Positions 8,550 to 19,340 of a stretch of DNA of 64,000 nt are shown piece after piece. Where the stretch lies: positions 248,001 to 312,000 of IMG/VR virus record IMGVR_UViG_3300049793_000366; one strand, given 5' to 3'. A program made the translations under genes and the position numbers. The notes below the pieces were generated by a model that was given only the letters and a program-made list of their open reading frames with translations, searched no databases and was not told the origin of the DNA. Each line of letters starts with the position of its first letter. Within the stretch, counting starts at the first letter, position 1.

Positions 8550-10627
8550 TAATTTTAAATGCGACAACTAAATTATTGGAAATATCAGTCGATTCTGCAC
8601 CATCAGTAAATATTGATTGGGTATCGAATTGGATTGATATGGGTCAAGCATCTTTCGTACCGATGGCTTATAGTGGTGCTTTAGGTCCTTTGCTAACCTC
8701 TGATGTAGTAGTTCCAGCGCCAATATCCAATCATCAACATCAATTAAAATATCTATCGATATACAATTCTGATAGCACGGCTTTAACTTTTAATGTTTTC
8801 TATAATGATAATGGTACACTTAGAACTATTACTAAGATAACATTAGATTCAGGTGATACCTTAAGATATATTGATAGTGATGGATTTAGTGTTTTATTAT
8901 CAAATGGTGCTATTAAAACTGGTGTTGTTGGTCCTGCTGGTGCTACGGGTGCTGGTGCTGATTTCACAATTAATAGTTTAACATATTCAGCTCAATATTT
9001 AACATCATCTAATGATACGAATGTTAAATTAAATATAGTATCTAGTGTTGATACACATTCGTTTAATGTAACTTGGAATGGACAACTTCCTGTAAATAGA
9101 GGTGGTTCTAATAATGCTACTTTCTCTAACTTGGAATTACTTAGAATGAATTTAGCTGGGACAGCTTTTGAAAGTTCAGGATTAACATCTGGTCAGATAT
9201 CGGTAGTTGGTCATACTCATAACGCAATCGATACAATAGGATTCACATCATCTACAAGGGGTGTGTTAAGTGCTACTTTGCCTATTTTATATAGCTCATC
9301 TACTGGTATAATATCAAGTCAACAATCTACTTCAACACAGTCTGGTTATTTATCGACTACTGATTGGAACACATTTAATAACAAACAGTCATCTTTAACA
9401 TTCACTAATGGAGTGACGAATAATAGTGGAACTGTATCATTAACAACGACTGGTGCTACTGCTGGTGCGTATTCATTCGTAAATGCTACAATAGATGCAT
9501 ATGGTAGAGTAACAAATATATCAAGTAACCCTGCTTCGTCTTCAACACAGTCTGGTTATTTAACAACAACTGATTGGAACACATTTAACAACAAGCAATC
9601 AGTATTGACATTTGTGAATGGTGTGACTAATAACAGTGGAACTGTTTCATTAACAACTACTGGTGTTACACCAGGTACATATACATTTTCAACATTTGTA
9701 GTTGATACTTATGGTAGAATCTCATCAGCTTCTAATGGTTTGCAATCATCTTCAACACAATCAGGTTATTTAACAACAACTGATTGGAACACATTTAACA
9801 ACAAGCAATCAGCATTAGTATTTGTAAACGGTTTAACAAACAATGGTGGTACTGTTTCATTAACAACTACCGGAGCAACTGCTGGTTCTTATACATTCTT
9901 GAGCGCGACTATTGATGCCTATGGTAGAGTAACTGATATATTCAGCAATCCTGCTTCGTCTTCAACACAATCAGGTTATTTGACATCAACTGATTGGAAC
10001 ACATTTAACAATAAACAATCAACACTTGCTTTTCCTGATGGTGTTCAGAATGTGGGTGGTACTGTTTCGCTTACAAATACTGGTGTTACTGCTGGTACAT
10101 ATACAAATACAACTCTTACAGTAGATGCTAATGGTAGAATAACTTCTGCTTCAAATGGTTTAACGCAATCAGCATCTAATGTGATGTTCACTAATAATGA
10201 ATGGTTATCTACGGTAGTTGGTTCTGGTACAACAGCAATTGTAAACTCACTTGCTACTGATGGTAGATTATATACGAGATATACTGCGGCAAGTGGTGGT
10301 GGGCAATCTTGTACATTTATTTTTCAATCTCGTATACCAAGAGACTTTGTTGGATTCCCTTCTAATAACGTATTTATCGATTCGTATAAATCTACTGGTA
10401 CACCAACTTTCACATTTGAATTTTTGAATCCAAGTGGTGTTGTATATCAAACAACAAGTATTTTACCAGGTTCTAATACAACATGGACTAATAATAATTT
10501 TAGTTTAACTGGTACGTGGTCATCTGGTGATATAATAACATTCAGAGTTACTATATCGAGTCCATCGAATACGGCTGAACACCGAATTGATAGATTTGAA
10601 TTACAGTATAATAGTAAGATAGGGTAA
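8546..10627 (+). CDS. Tail fibre protein with 70-aa repeats
   Basis: Four copies of TQSGYLxTTDWNTFNNKQ with TGxTAGxY..T.DAYGR motifs; short collagen-like GPAGATG. Confidence 0.8.
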   Translation: MIILNATTKLLEISVDSAPSVNIDWVSNWIDMGQASFVPMAYSGALGPLLTSDVVVPAPISNHQHQLKYLSIYNSDSTALTFNVFYNDNGTLRTITKITLDSGDTLRYIDSDGFSVLLSNGAIKTGVVGPAGATGAGADFTINSLTYSAQYLTSSNDTNVKLNIVSSVDTHSFNVTWNGQLPVNRGGSNNATFSNLELLRMNLAGTAFESSGLTSGQISVVGHTHNAIDTIGFTSSTRGVLSATLPILYSSSTGIISSQQSTSTQSGYLSTTDWNTFNNKQSSLTFTNGVTNNSGTVSLTTTGATAGAYSFVNATIDAYGRVTNISSNPASSSTQSGYLTTTDWNTFNNKQSVLTFVNGVTNNSGTVSLTTTGVTPGTYTFSTFVVDTYGRISSASNGLQSSSTQSGYLTTTDWNTFNNKQSALVFVNGLTNNGGTVSLTTTGATAGSYTFLSATIDAYGRVTDIFSNPASSSTQSGYLTSTDWNTFNNKQSTLAFPDGVQNVGGTVSLTNTGVTAGTYTNTTLTVDANGRITSASNGLTQSASNVMFTNNEWLSTVVGSGTTAIVNSLATDGRLYTRYTAASGGGQSCTFIFQSRIPRDFVGFPSNNVFIDSYKSTGTPTFTFEFLNPSGVVYQTTSILPGSNTTWTNNNFSLTGTWSSGDIITFRVTISSPSNTAEHRIDRFELQYNSKIG
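9331..10150 (+). repeat. Tandem 210-bp (70-aa) coding repeat, about 4 units
   Basis: TCxGGTTATTT...TGATTGGAACACATTTAA at 9341, 9551, 9761 and 9971. Confidence 0.9.
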
Positions 10628-10648
10628 AAAATAAAAAATATATAGGAC

Positions 10649-13600
10649 ATGGCATTTTTAGGTAAGTATAAGATATATCAACCAGTTGACTTTGGAACTA
10701 CAATTGATCCAAACTATGTAATACAAACATCACTTGATAGTCAAGTATTTGATGATATTACGAGTTTGGAAAATTTTGATAATGTTATTGGTAGAATCAG
10801 TGGTACGGTTGGATATTATTCTAATATACGTAATGAGATGTCTTTGCTTATTGATAACTTTGGTGGATTCTTAGACCTTAGTACTGCTGAACAAGAAATT
10901 GTTTCAAGACATTTCTTAGTTTCTAAAGCTGATAGAGATACAATACATACAAGTGATGAACAAATAGCAAACGCAAAAAGAATACAAGCATTATTAGCAA
11001 AGGAAAATGAGGATGCTGGTTATAACTATAATGCTGTTGTATATGCTGATAGTAATTTAATAGCTGATGTTACCGATTATCAATCAATTGACTATTTATA
11101 TACACCACATTTAACTGTTGGTAGTATTTCATTTGGTGCTAGCGGCCCAACTGGTGGTTCTGATTTATATGCTACAATTTCAACTAAGGTTGATACAACT
11201 GATAATAGACTACACTACCAGAATGTTCTTAAAGTTAAGAAAAATCCTGGTGTTGGTGAATATTCAAGTATTAATGCCGCTTTAGCTGCTATTACTGATA
11301 ATAGTACAACTAATAGATATAGTATTACTGTTTATCCAGGTAAATATACTGAGAGTACAATTTATACTAAGCCTTTCGTTGAGATATCGGGTATAGCTAA
11401 CTTCAACACAATAATTGAAGTTAATGATTATACTAAAGATGTTGTTGTGTTATGTCCTAATACATCATTTAATAATTTCTTATTAACGGGAGCAACAGCA
11501 ACAGGAGCAGCTGCTTTCGCGGTAACTGCTTCTTTTGGACCTGGTGCTTCTTGTGAAATTAATAACATATCATTCCTAACAGTTAATACTATTTTTAGGT
11601 CTGCTCTTAGTGTTGGTCAATTTGCAATAGTTGGATTTTTAAATTCTAATGTTTCAACGTTTTCTAATGTTAAGAAAGGTATTGATATAAGTGGTGCTGG
11701 TTATACAATATTATCGTGGGCTAACTCTAAGAACAGCGTTGTTTCAACTATTAGTGATTTTGCTGAATTGAGAGGTTCTAATAATCGATTAATATTTACT
11801 GATTTTGGTTTGATTACACAACCTGCTTTGGGTGGTACAATGTCCAATTTCGTAAGAATATATGATGGTGCTACTATTGACTTAGTTGGTGTTTCTATTG
11901 ATGGTGCTGGGACAGCACTTAATAACGAAAATACTGGTTCTGGTGTTAACATACGTGCGAATGGATTTAATATTATTAATTCATTAACGAGTGATGTTGT
12001 AATTGGTCATCCATCTACAGTTGGTAACTTACAGGGTATTGTTGATTCATCAAAAGTTACAATAGATTCTACTAATTTTAGATTATCATATTCAGAACCA
12101 ACTGGTGGTTTCGTAATTACAGGTGATTTCACACTTGGTCAATCACAAGGTACGTTGGTTGAAATGGGTGCTATCATCGAAAGAGCATTAACTATGGGTG
12201 TTTATGAAGGTGGTGATATAGCTACTGTTTCAGCAAGTGGTTTTACCGTTTCGGTTGAAGCTGGTTTTGGTTACCTATGTGATGATGGTGAAGCAGACCA
12301 TACTATTAGAAAGATTTTCTGGGATAATGATTCAATTGCGGTATCACCATATACTAGTGAGTTCTTATATTACAACTCAAGCGGTACTTTATTAAAGTCA
12401 GCAACTAGATTAGAGTCTCAACATTATATATTCTTAGGTAGAACTGTTACTGATAGTAGTTCTATTGTTTCAATCATACCATCTAAATTATATGGTATGC
12501 ATTATAGCAATGATGTTGATACATTATTGAGAGATGGTTTTGGTTCTATTTATAAGAGTGGTTCATTGGTAAGTGAAGGAACATCTGATAGAACATTAGA
12601 TGTTACAAGTGGTGTTTATTACAATACCCAATATAAATACACACCTTCTGGTGGACTTCCAATTACATTTGATGCGTTTTATAAAAATGGTAGTGGTGGA
12701 TTTACAATAAGTCGTAATCAACAAGTATTACCTAATAGTACATATGATAATGGTTCGGGTACTTTAGTAAGTGCTACTGCTGGATATTATATGAAGTTCG
12801 CACTATACGTAGTTGGTGATGGTGCCAATGAAAAATATTTCATAGTACACCCACAAGAACAACATCTTACCCAGTTAGCAGCGGAACAAGGTAGTATTCC
12901 AATTGCTCCTTCATATTTTGATGCAAGTATTACATTGATAGCGAGTATCGTTGTTCAACAAGGTAATAGTAGCATAGTTAGTATATTTGATAATAGACCA
13001 ACATTATCATTTAAGGCAGAAAGTGTAACAGCATTATCTACACATGGTAACTTAGCTGGTCTATTAGAAGATGACCATCCTCAATATTTATTAGGTAATG
13101 GTACAAGAGCAATGAGTGGTAACTTAAACTTAGGTAACAATAATATTACCAATGTTGCTAATATAAATGGTATTAGTATTGCTACACACTCAAGTAGACA
13201 TTTACCAAATGGTGCTGACCCTCTTACAACTGGTACACCATCTACGGTTGGTACATCAAATCAAGAAGGTATTGGTAATGCTTTCTCAAGACAAGACCAC
13301 GTACACGCACATGGTTTTCAGACAAATGAATTACATCATGCCTTATCAACAACAGTATCACATGGTTTCATGTCATCTGTTGATAAGTATAAACTGGACT
13401 ATATACCAGGCAGTAGTGCAAGCTATTTCTCAGAACCTTTATATGTTAATGGTTTAACGGTTTCTGTTTTTCAAGCTACATCAACTCAATCTGGATATCT
13501 ATCTACGACTGACTGGAATACATTTAATAATAAGCAATCAACATTAACATTTACGAATGGTTTAACAACATCGTCTGGTACTATATCGTTAACGACTACT

Positions 13601-16231
13601 GGTGTGTCATCTGGTAGCTATACATTCTCTAATGTGACTGTTGACCAATATGGTAGACTTACTTCTGTTTCTAATGGTAGTCAAGCTACATCAACTCAGT
13701 CTGGATATTTATCTACGACTGACTGGAATACATTTAATAATAAATTAGGTACATCACTTACTTCATCTTATATACTTGTTGGTAACGGTTCTAATGTTGC
13801 TGTTGGTGCTACTGTAAGTGGTGATGCTACATTATCAAACACTGGTGTATTGACATTAAATAGTTCTGTTGTGAATGATAGTAAAATAGCATCACATACA
13901 TCTACTAAGATTACAATTACTAATAAGAGTCAATTAAATACAAGTGTTGTATATTCTGACCAAGGAAATACATTTAGTGTTGCTAAACAATCTTTCCAAT
14001 CAGATGGTACTTATGCTCCAATTAAACTTGGTGGTTTAGCATCTGACCCATCTTCATTAGAGGCTGGTGACTTTTGGTATAACTCAGCAGATCCTTCACT
14101 TAAGTTTAGAACTGGTAGTAATACTACACGCATTGTTGTTGATACCAGATTATCACAAACATTGTATAATAAGACTCTTGAATCACCAATGATTGCTACT
14201 ATTAGTAATGGTGGTGGTAGTATATCTGTACCATCTATATCAGTAATTGATACAATGGTTCTTAGAAATACTGCGGAGACATTGACAAATAAAACGTTAA
14301 CTGGTCCAACTATATCTTATATTTATAATACCGGAACAGTAACATTACCGACATCGACTGATACATTAGTTGGTAGAAATACAACAGATACATTGACAAA
14401 CAAAACGTTAACTGGTCCGACTATATCTACTATTTATAATACCGGAACATTGACACTTCCTACCACAACAGATACGTTAGTTGGTAGAGCTACTAGTGAT
14501 GTATTAACAAATAAGACAATTAGTGCTTCTGGTAATACAATCAGTGATGCTTCAATAGCAACTGGTGATTTATTGAAATCAAACGGTTCTAAATTCGTTA
14601 GATTTGGAATGGGTTCACCTTTACAAGTATTACGTGTTAATGCTGGTGGTACTGATTTAGAATATGCTAATCCATCTGCTGGTTCCGGAACTGTTACGAG
14701 TGTTGGTATGACAACATCGGGTGTCTTATACAACGTTAATACAACAATAACAACAAGTGGTACTTTCTCACTGACCTTATTAACACAAAATGCTAATTTA
14801 ATATTTGCTGGTCCATCTACTGGTGGTGCTACTACTCCATCATTTAGGTCATTGGTTACGGCTGATATGCCATCAACTGTTGTATTAAATAATCAATCAA
14901 ATACAATAACAAACACTGCTAATACATCAGTATTATCATTGGTTAGTAGTAACGCTTCATTCACGGGTGACGCATTAACTGTAAATGTTAGTGGTAACTC
15001 TGTATCACCATATAACCTATTTAAATTAACATCTACTTTATCTGGAACAAGTACTGATAAGTTAGTTGTTAGTAAAGAGGGTATGTTGAGAGTTCATGTT
15101 GGTACTGCTTCAATGATAACGGCACCAACATATTCTATTGCTCACTTTGTATCAAACATTGGTGCGAGCGCGAGCGTAATTGTCACTGATACGTATGGTA
15201 CTATTGGTGCTGGATATATGGGTCGTAGAGCAAGAGGTACATCTGATGCTCCAACAGCAGTTCAAACAAATGACATATTGACATCATTTATTGGTAGAGG
15301 TTATGGTGCTACTAATATGAATACATCAGATGGTTATATTAGGATTGTGGCAAGTCAGAACTTTACCGACACAGCACATGGTACTTATATTTCCTTCTAC
15401 ACAACTGGTACATCCAGTATTGTTGCTTCTGAGAAAATGAGAATAGGAGATGATGGTACTATCACATTAACAACTGCTCTACCTATTACGTCTGGTGGTA
15501 CTGGTCAGATAACACCGAATGATGCATTAAATGCTTTATTCCTATCTGCTACTGCCTCTGGTACAGATACATACACAGTTACATTAACTGGTATTACATC
15601 CATAACAACTGGTACAATTATTAGAATTGGCTTTACAAATGCCAATACAAGTACTGCTACACTTAATGTTAACTCATTGGGTGCAATAGCCATTGTAAAA
15701 GAAGGTGGTATAGCATTGAGAGCATCTGACATTGGTCCTGGTTCAATACATCACTTGATGTACGATGGTGTAAGCTGGACTATTGTGGCATCAAGTATGA
15801 CTCTGAAGTCTATTGTATTCTTCTCACCATCACAGGTTACTTCTGGTACAGCATTCACGCTTACTTTAGTTTCTAATGATAGAGTTGTTAGAACTTTATC
15901 TGGGTCTAACGTAACCAACACATCATATACTGAGATTGCTTTACCAGCAGATTTCATATCGTTTCCAACAGGAGCTTATAGAGTTGATTCGAATAGGTCT
16001 GGTAACGGTACTCTTACGGTTACTATTGGTAAAGGTGGAGTAGCAGATGCTACGATGAATGCATTAAGCTTAGTTGCTACTGCTACCAACTCAACTTGGG
16101 AGACCAAAAGTGGTACACCAACTAGTTCATATACTGCTGGTGATAGATTGTTAATTACTATGACTACAACAACTTCTGGTAACACAACAACGGCTGTTGG
16201 TAACGTAATACTTCAATATTATGGTAGATAA
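10649..16231 (+). CDS. Large tail fibre / tail spike protein (1860 aa)
   Basis: YSSINAALAAI..I.VYPGKY.E beta-helix cap, DDHPQY, RQDHVH, TLTNKTL repeats, two 70-aa repeats; AATATATA at 10637-10644. Confidence 0.8.
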   Translation: MAFLGKYKIYQPVDFGTTIDPNYVIQTSLDSQVFDDITSLENFDNVIGRISGTVGYYSNIRNEMSLLIDNFGGFLDLSTAEQEIVSRHFLVSKADRDTIHTSDEQIANAKRIQALLAKENEDAGYNYNAVVYADSNLIADVTDYQSIDYLYTPHLTVGSISFGASGPTGGSDLYATISTKVDTTDNRLHYQNVLKVKKNPGVGEYSSINAALAAITDNSTTNRYSITVYPGKYTESTIYTKPFVEISGIANFNTIIEVNDYTKDVVVLCPNTSFNNFLLTGATATGAAAFAVTASFGPGASCEINNISFLTVNTIFRSALSVGQFAIVGFLNSNVSTFSNVKKGIDISGAGYTILSWANSKNSVVSTISDFAELRGSNNRLIFTDFGLITQPALGGTMSNFVRIYDGATIDLVGVSIDGAGTALNNENTGSGVNIRANGFNIINSLTSDVVIGHPSTVGNLQGIVDSSKVTIDSTNFRLSYSEPTGGFVITGDFTLGQSQGTLVEMGAIIERALTMGVYEGGDIATVSASGFTVSVEAGFGYLCDDGEADHTIRKIFWDNDSIAVSPYTSEFLYYNSSGTLLKSATRLESQHYIFLGRTVTDSSSIVSIIPSKLYGMHYSNDVDTLLRDGFGSIYKSGSLVSEGTSDRTLDVTSGVYYNTQYKYTPSGGLPITFDAFYKNGSGGFTISRNQQVLPNSTYDNGSGTLVSATAGYYMKFALYVVGDGANEKYFIVHPQEQHLTQLAAEQGSIPIAPSYFDASITLIASIVVQQGNSSIVSIFDNRPTLSFKAESVTALSTHGNLAGLLEDDHPQYLLGNGTRAMSGNLNLGNNNITNVANINGISIATHSSRHLPNGADPLTTGTPSTVGTSNQEGIGNAFSRQDHVHAHGFQTNELHHALSTTVSHGFMSSVDKYKLDYIPGSSASYFSEPLYVNGLTVSVFQATSTQSGYLSTTDWNTFNNKQSTLTFTNGLTTSSGTISLTTTGVSSGSYTFSNVTVDQYGRLTSVSNGSQATSTQSGYLSTTDWNTFNNKLGTSLTSSYILVGNGSNVAVGATVSGDATLSNTGVLTLNSSVVNDSKIASHTSTKITITNKSQLNTSVVYSDQGNTFSVAKQSFQSDGTYAPIKLGGLASDPSSLEAGDFWYNSADPSLKFRTGSNTTRIVVDTRLSQTLYNKTLESPMIATISNGGGSISVPSISVIDTMVLRNTAETLTNKTLTGPTISYIYNTGTVTLPTSTDTLVGRNTTDTLTNKTLTGPTISTIYNTGTLTLPTTTDTLVGRATSDVLTNKTISASGNTISDASIATGDLLKSNGSKFVRFGMGSPLQVLRVNAGGTDLEYANPSAGSGTVTSVGMTTSGVLYNVNTTITTSGTFSLTLLTQNANLIFAGPSTGGATTPSFRSLVTADMPSTVVLNNQSNTITNTANTSVLSLVSSNASFTGDALTVNVSGNSVSPYNLFKLTSTLSGTSTDKLVVSKEGMLRVHVGTASMITAPTYSIAHFVSNIGASASVIVTDTYGTIGAGYMGRRARGTSDAPTAVQTNDILTSFIGRGYGATNMNTSDGYIRIVASQNFTDTAHGTYISFYTTGTSSIVASEKMRIGDDGTITLTTALPITSGGTGQITPNDALNALFLSATASGTDTYTVTLTGITSITTGTIIRIGFTNANTSTATLNVNSLGAIAIVKEGGIALRASDIGPGSIHHLMYDGVSWTIVASSMTLKSIVFFSPSQVTSGTAFTLTLVSNDRVVRTLSGSNVTNTSYTEIALPADFISFPTGAYRVDSNRSGNGTLTVTIGKGGVADATMNALSLVATATNSTWETKSGTPTSSYTAGDRLLITMTTTTSGNTTTAVGNVILQYYGR
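13471..13745 (+). repeat. Two further copies of the 210-bp repeat unit
   Basis: TCAAGCTACATCAACTCA..CTGGATAT at 13471 and 13681. Confidence 0.85.
14270..14520 (+). repeat. 111-bp (37-aa) TLTNKTLTGPTI coding repeat
   Basis: ATTGACAAAyAAAACGTTAACTGGTCC at 14281 and 14392, plus a degenerate third copy. Confidence 0.8.
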
Positions 16232-16246
16232 AAATTAGAGATATAA

Positions 16247-16873
16247 ATGAAGATAGCGAAATATAAAACAGAACAAGGCTGGGATTTAAGCAATAACATC
16301 GATAAGAATTATACGCTTGTTAGCTCAGTCAATACGGAGACTCAAGATGATTATACTAATGTTATGACATGGGTTTCAATTGTCTATAATTGTGTTTTTG
16401 ATTACACTAAGATGAGAGATTTTGCTAAGTCTGAATTTCTTCCTAATTGGGATAACTTATCATTAGATGAGAAGCGAGTTTTAGCTATACATTATATCTA
16501 TCCTCTTACTATATCACAACAAGATTTTGATGACTTAATAACACCAGAAACACAATTAAATGTATGGGTTAAATTAGCAAGAGATACTAAAACTTGTCGT
16601 GAAAAAAGGTGGGAAGCCGCTAGAAGAAAGATAAGTTTTTATTTAACCGAGGCTCAAACACTTGATTTGTATTTGGCTACCAAAGATTACTCTGTTGAAT
16701 ATAAAGATGCTAATATACCTAAGTTGAGTTGTTGGATAGCAAGTTCGGCTTATGCTCCGCTTGGTATTGACTTTACGGCTACTGGATTTTCTCAGAAGTC
16801 TTACTACACAACAACATTGAGAGATATACTTCTCGATATCTTGATTAATGGAAATTATGAGAGAACAATTTAA
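16247..16873 (+). CDS. Tail-fibre-associated protein, paralogous to the N-terminus of the 1860-aa fibre
   Basis: IAKYKTEQGWDLSNNIDKNY vs LGKYKIYQPVDFGTTIDPNY. Confidence 0.7.
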   Translation: MKIAKYKTEQGWDLSNNIDKNYTLVSSVNTETQDDYTNVMTWVSIVYNCVFDYTKMRDFAKSEFLPNWDNLSLDEKRVLAIHYIYPLTISQQDFDDLITPETQLNVWVKLARDTKTCREKRWEAARRKISFYLTEAQTLDLYLATKDYSVEYKDANIPKLSCWIASSAYAPLGIDFTATGFSQKSYYTTTLRDILLDILINGNYERTI

Positions 16874-16888
16874 AAATTAACAATTTAT

Positions 16889-17509
16889 ATGAATTCATTC
16901 GTGTCAAAAAAATATAACGATAGTAGAGATACTATACAAAATGGAGATATTATTCTTTACAGGGGTAGTAGCTTGATGGCACATTCAATTCAATATCTTG
17001 ATAAAGCTTATTATAATCATGTTGGTGTTGTATGGAAGGTTGAAGATCCAGACACTAAAGAATACAGACTATTAACGATGGATATGTGGACTAAAGGTTT
17101 ATGTCTTGTTCCACTTTCTGAAAGAATGTCTGAATATGATGACTTCTGTATCATCAGACCAGTTGTTAAAGATGCTGTTACTGATTCTGCTATATTTTCT
17201 TCACTAAAACAATGGGAGGGTAAAATCGGTTATGACTATATGTTATTATTGAGAATCGCGCTTATTAAGAAAATGGGTGTTGATATAAGCAATCTTGGTA
17301 AGTCTGATAAATATATTTGTTCAGAGTTCGCTCAATATTATTGTTCATTGTTAAATATAACAACATATGATAACATTAAGCTAATCACACCAGAAGATTT
17401 CCGAAGATTCATTGATTCTAACTTTAATATAATGCTGGATGATGCTCCATCGGTTAAATATCACAATACTAAGAAAGTTTGGAGCTTAAAGGGTACCTAT
17501 AATATTTAA
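16889..17509 (+). CDS. Permuted papain-like NlpC/P60 (YiiX/YebB-type) amidase
   Basis: GDIILYRG, YNHVG, GYDY, YICSEF, ITPED. Confidence 0.8.
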   Translation: MNSFVSKKYNDSRDTIQNGDIILYRGSSLMAHSIQYLDKAYYNHVGVVWKVEDPDTKEYRLLTMDMWTKGLCLVPLSERMSEYDDFCIIRPVVKDAVTDSAIFSSLKQWEGKIGYDYMLLLRIALIKKMGVDISNLGKSDKYICSEFAQYYCSLLNITTYDNIKLITPEDFRRFIDSNFNIMLDDAPSVKYHNTKKVWSLKGTYNI

Positions 17510-17527
17510 AATTTTATATATAGTACT

Positions 17528-18292
17528 ATGGGAATTAAGTCTTATAACAACTATATTGTGGAGGAATTCGAAGAACAAGACTTCGAGCCTATTAAATCGT
17601 TCAAGATACACAATACATTGAATGATTCTGTATGGGATGGTGATAAAATTAAACCGGAAATAAAGAAGTCTCTTATCAATGTAGCACAAGATTATTTCGA
17701 TTATATCGAAGTTAAAGCTGATATAAAAGATATCTACTTTACTGGTTCTCTTGCTAATTACAATTACTCCGAATATTCTGATTTTGATATACATTTAGTG
17801 ATTGACTTTACTGATGTTAATGATGACGTTGAACTTGTTCAGAGATATTTAGACTTTGCTGAGAAGTTATGGAAAGAACAACACGATATTAAAATAGAGG
17901 GATATGAAGCTGAATTATACTGTCAGGATATTAATCACAAAATGATTGCTACTGGTATATACTCGTTGATGAGCGATGAGTGGATAAGAAAGCCATCTAA
18001 AATTGACTGGGAACCAGACGATGAATTAATTAAGAAGAAAGCTTCTAAGTTAATGAGTGCAATCGATGAGCTAATAGAAACATCGGAAGATGAGCATATT
18101 GATTATCACGAATTGAAAGATAAGATGAAGAAGACCTGGAAAAAGGTTAAAGGTATGAGACAAGCTGGGCTTGACTCTAAAGAGGGTGAATACTCTACTG
18201 AGAATTTAGTTTTTAAATTACTCAGAAGAAATGGTTATATTGGAAAATATATGGCACTCAAAAGAAAAATGTTCGATAAGAAATATGCTTAA
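17528..18292 (+). CDS. Pol-beta superfamily nucleotidyltransferase with N-terminal capsid-targeting-like sequence
   Basis: FTGSLANYNYSEYSDFDIH (GS..DxD); MGIKSYNNYIVEE; TTATATATA at 17514-17522. Confidence 0.8.
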   Translation: MGIKSYNNYIVEEFEEQDFEPIKSFKIHNTLNDSVWDGDKIKPEIKKSLINVAQDYFDYIEVKADIKDIYFTGSLANYNYSEYSDFDIHLVIDFTDVNDDVELVQRYLDFAEKLWKEQHDIKIEGYEAELYCQDINHKMIATGIYSLMSDEWIRKPSKIDWEPDDELIKKKASKLMSAIDELIETSEDEHIDYHELKDKMKKTWKKVKGMRQAGLDSKEGEYSTENLVFKLLRRNGYIGKYMALKRKMFDKKYA

Positions 18293-18950
18293 AATATCAG
18301 AGGTTGACCAATTATTTAAAAGTATATTCGAAGAAGCGAAGGTTCTATCGGTTGAATCTGTATTTGAGACCGAAGCTGAATTTGATAAACTTGTTATTTC
18401 AATACATGAGATAACAATGGATGACATTGGTATTATTCATACTAAGTTTATTTTTATGGTTAATAAAGAAAGAACTGAATTGGTTGAAGACTCGTTCATT
18501 TACTTATTTGATATAAACTGTGTATATCACAAGGTTAGCATTGGTGATTTAGAAGAACTAAGAACTAAGATTAAAGATATTTTTGAATCAGTATCATTTG
18601 GTGATGATATTACTGCACTGTCTGACTTCCTTGAAGCACCAGCTATGTTTTTAAACTACTATATGATGAAAGCTGATGTAACTGGGTATTCTGTGTTTAA
18701 TGTTAAATACACACCGAAGTTTAAATTGGCTCCTTGCTCAGAAACGACATTTGATTTCGAAATTTCAGTTAATAACTCATATAATATTCATTTGAGTATT
18801 AAGAAGGTGAGTACACAAGATTCTCCTTCTATGTATAAATTACAATTCAGATTCTTAGACCATTCGGAAAATATAGAACTTGATTCGTTGAAAAATATTC
18901 ACATGAAGATAGGTTCTGGTATTGCTGAAATACTTGATAAATATTTATAA
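18285..18950 (+). CDS. Hypothetical protein
   Basis: ORF; start adjusted to ATG 18285, which overlaps the upstream stop. Confidence 0.7.
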   Translation: MLKISEVDQLFKSIFEEAKVLSVESVFETEAEFDKLVISIHEITMDDIGIIHTKFIFMVNKERTELVEDSFIYLFDINCVYHKVSIGDLEELRTKIKDIFESVSFGDDITALSDFLEAPAMFLNYYMMKADVTGYSVFNVKYTPKFKLAPCSETTFDFEISVNNSYNIHLSIKKVSTQDSPSMYKLQFRFLDHSENIELDSLKNIHMKIGSGIAEILDKYL

Positions 18951-19339
18951 TGAAATACCTAGAGAAATATAACGACACTTATTTAGCTAATGCTCCAAAA
19001 GAGGATATAGTTAAAGATTGGTTTATGGCTGAATTTGAAGGTAATAAATACTGTGATGTAGAGAATATCACGGTTACCAGAGGTGCCTATAATATGAGAA
19101 AGGGTATAAGATTTTACCAATATAAAGTAATACTGTTACAAGACTTTAGTAAATCCTCAGATATTCTTGCGAATAAAAGTACTAAGAGTGTAGAAAATTT
19201 TAATGATATCACTCTTAATAAGATGGAAAGAAAGTATAGTATAATAATCAATGAACATATGGTTAAGTTTAAATCATATAGTGAAGTAGAAACTACAATT
19301 AGCTTCTACTTCAGTGATCCTATATCATTTCATAACTAA
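18950..19339 (+). CDS. Hypothetical protein with capsid-targeting-like N-terminus
   Basis: MKYLEKYND; TAATG coupling. Confidence 0.65.
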   Translation: MKYLEKYNDTYLANAPKEDIVKDWFMAEFEGNKYCDVENITVTRGAYNMRKGIRFYQYKVILLQDFSKSSDILANKSTKSVENFNDITLNKMERKYSIIINEHMVKFKSYSEVETTISFYFSDPISFHN

Positions 19340-19340
19340 A

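Noticed and set aside
9331-10150. CRISPR-like or DGR repeat array
   Set aside because: The repeats are in-frame 210-bp coding units with synonymous variation. There are no unique spacers and no reverse transcriptase in the window.
16810-16850. Tag-like LRDILLDILI in the fibre-associated protein
   Set aside because: It fits the spacing, but it lies in a late structural operon and lacks the polar/Lys positions. Not counted, as it may be chance.
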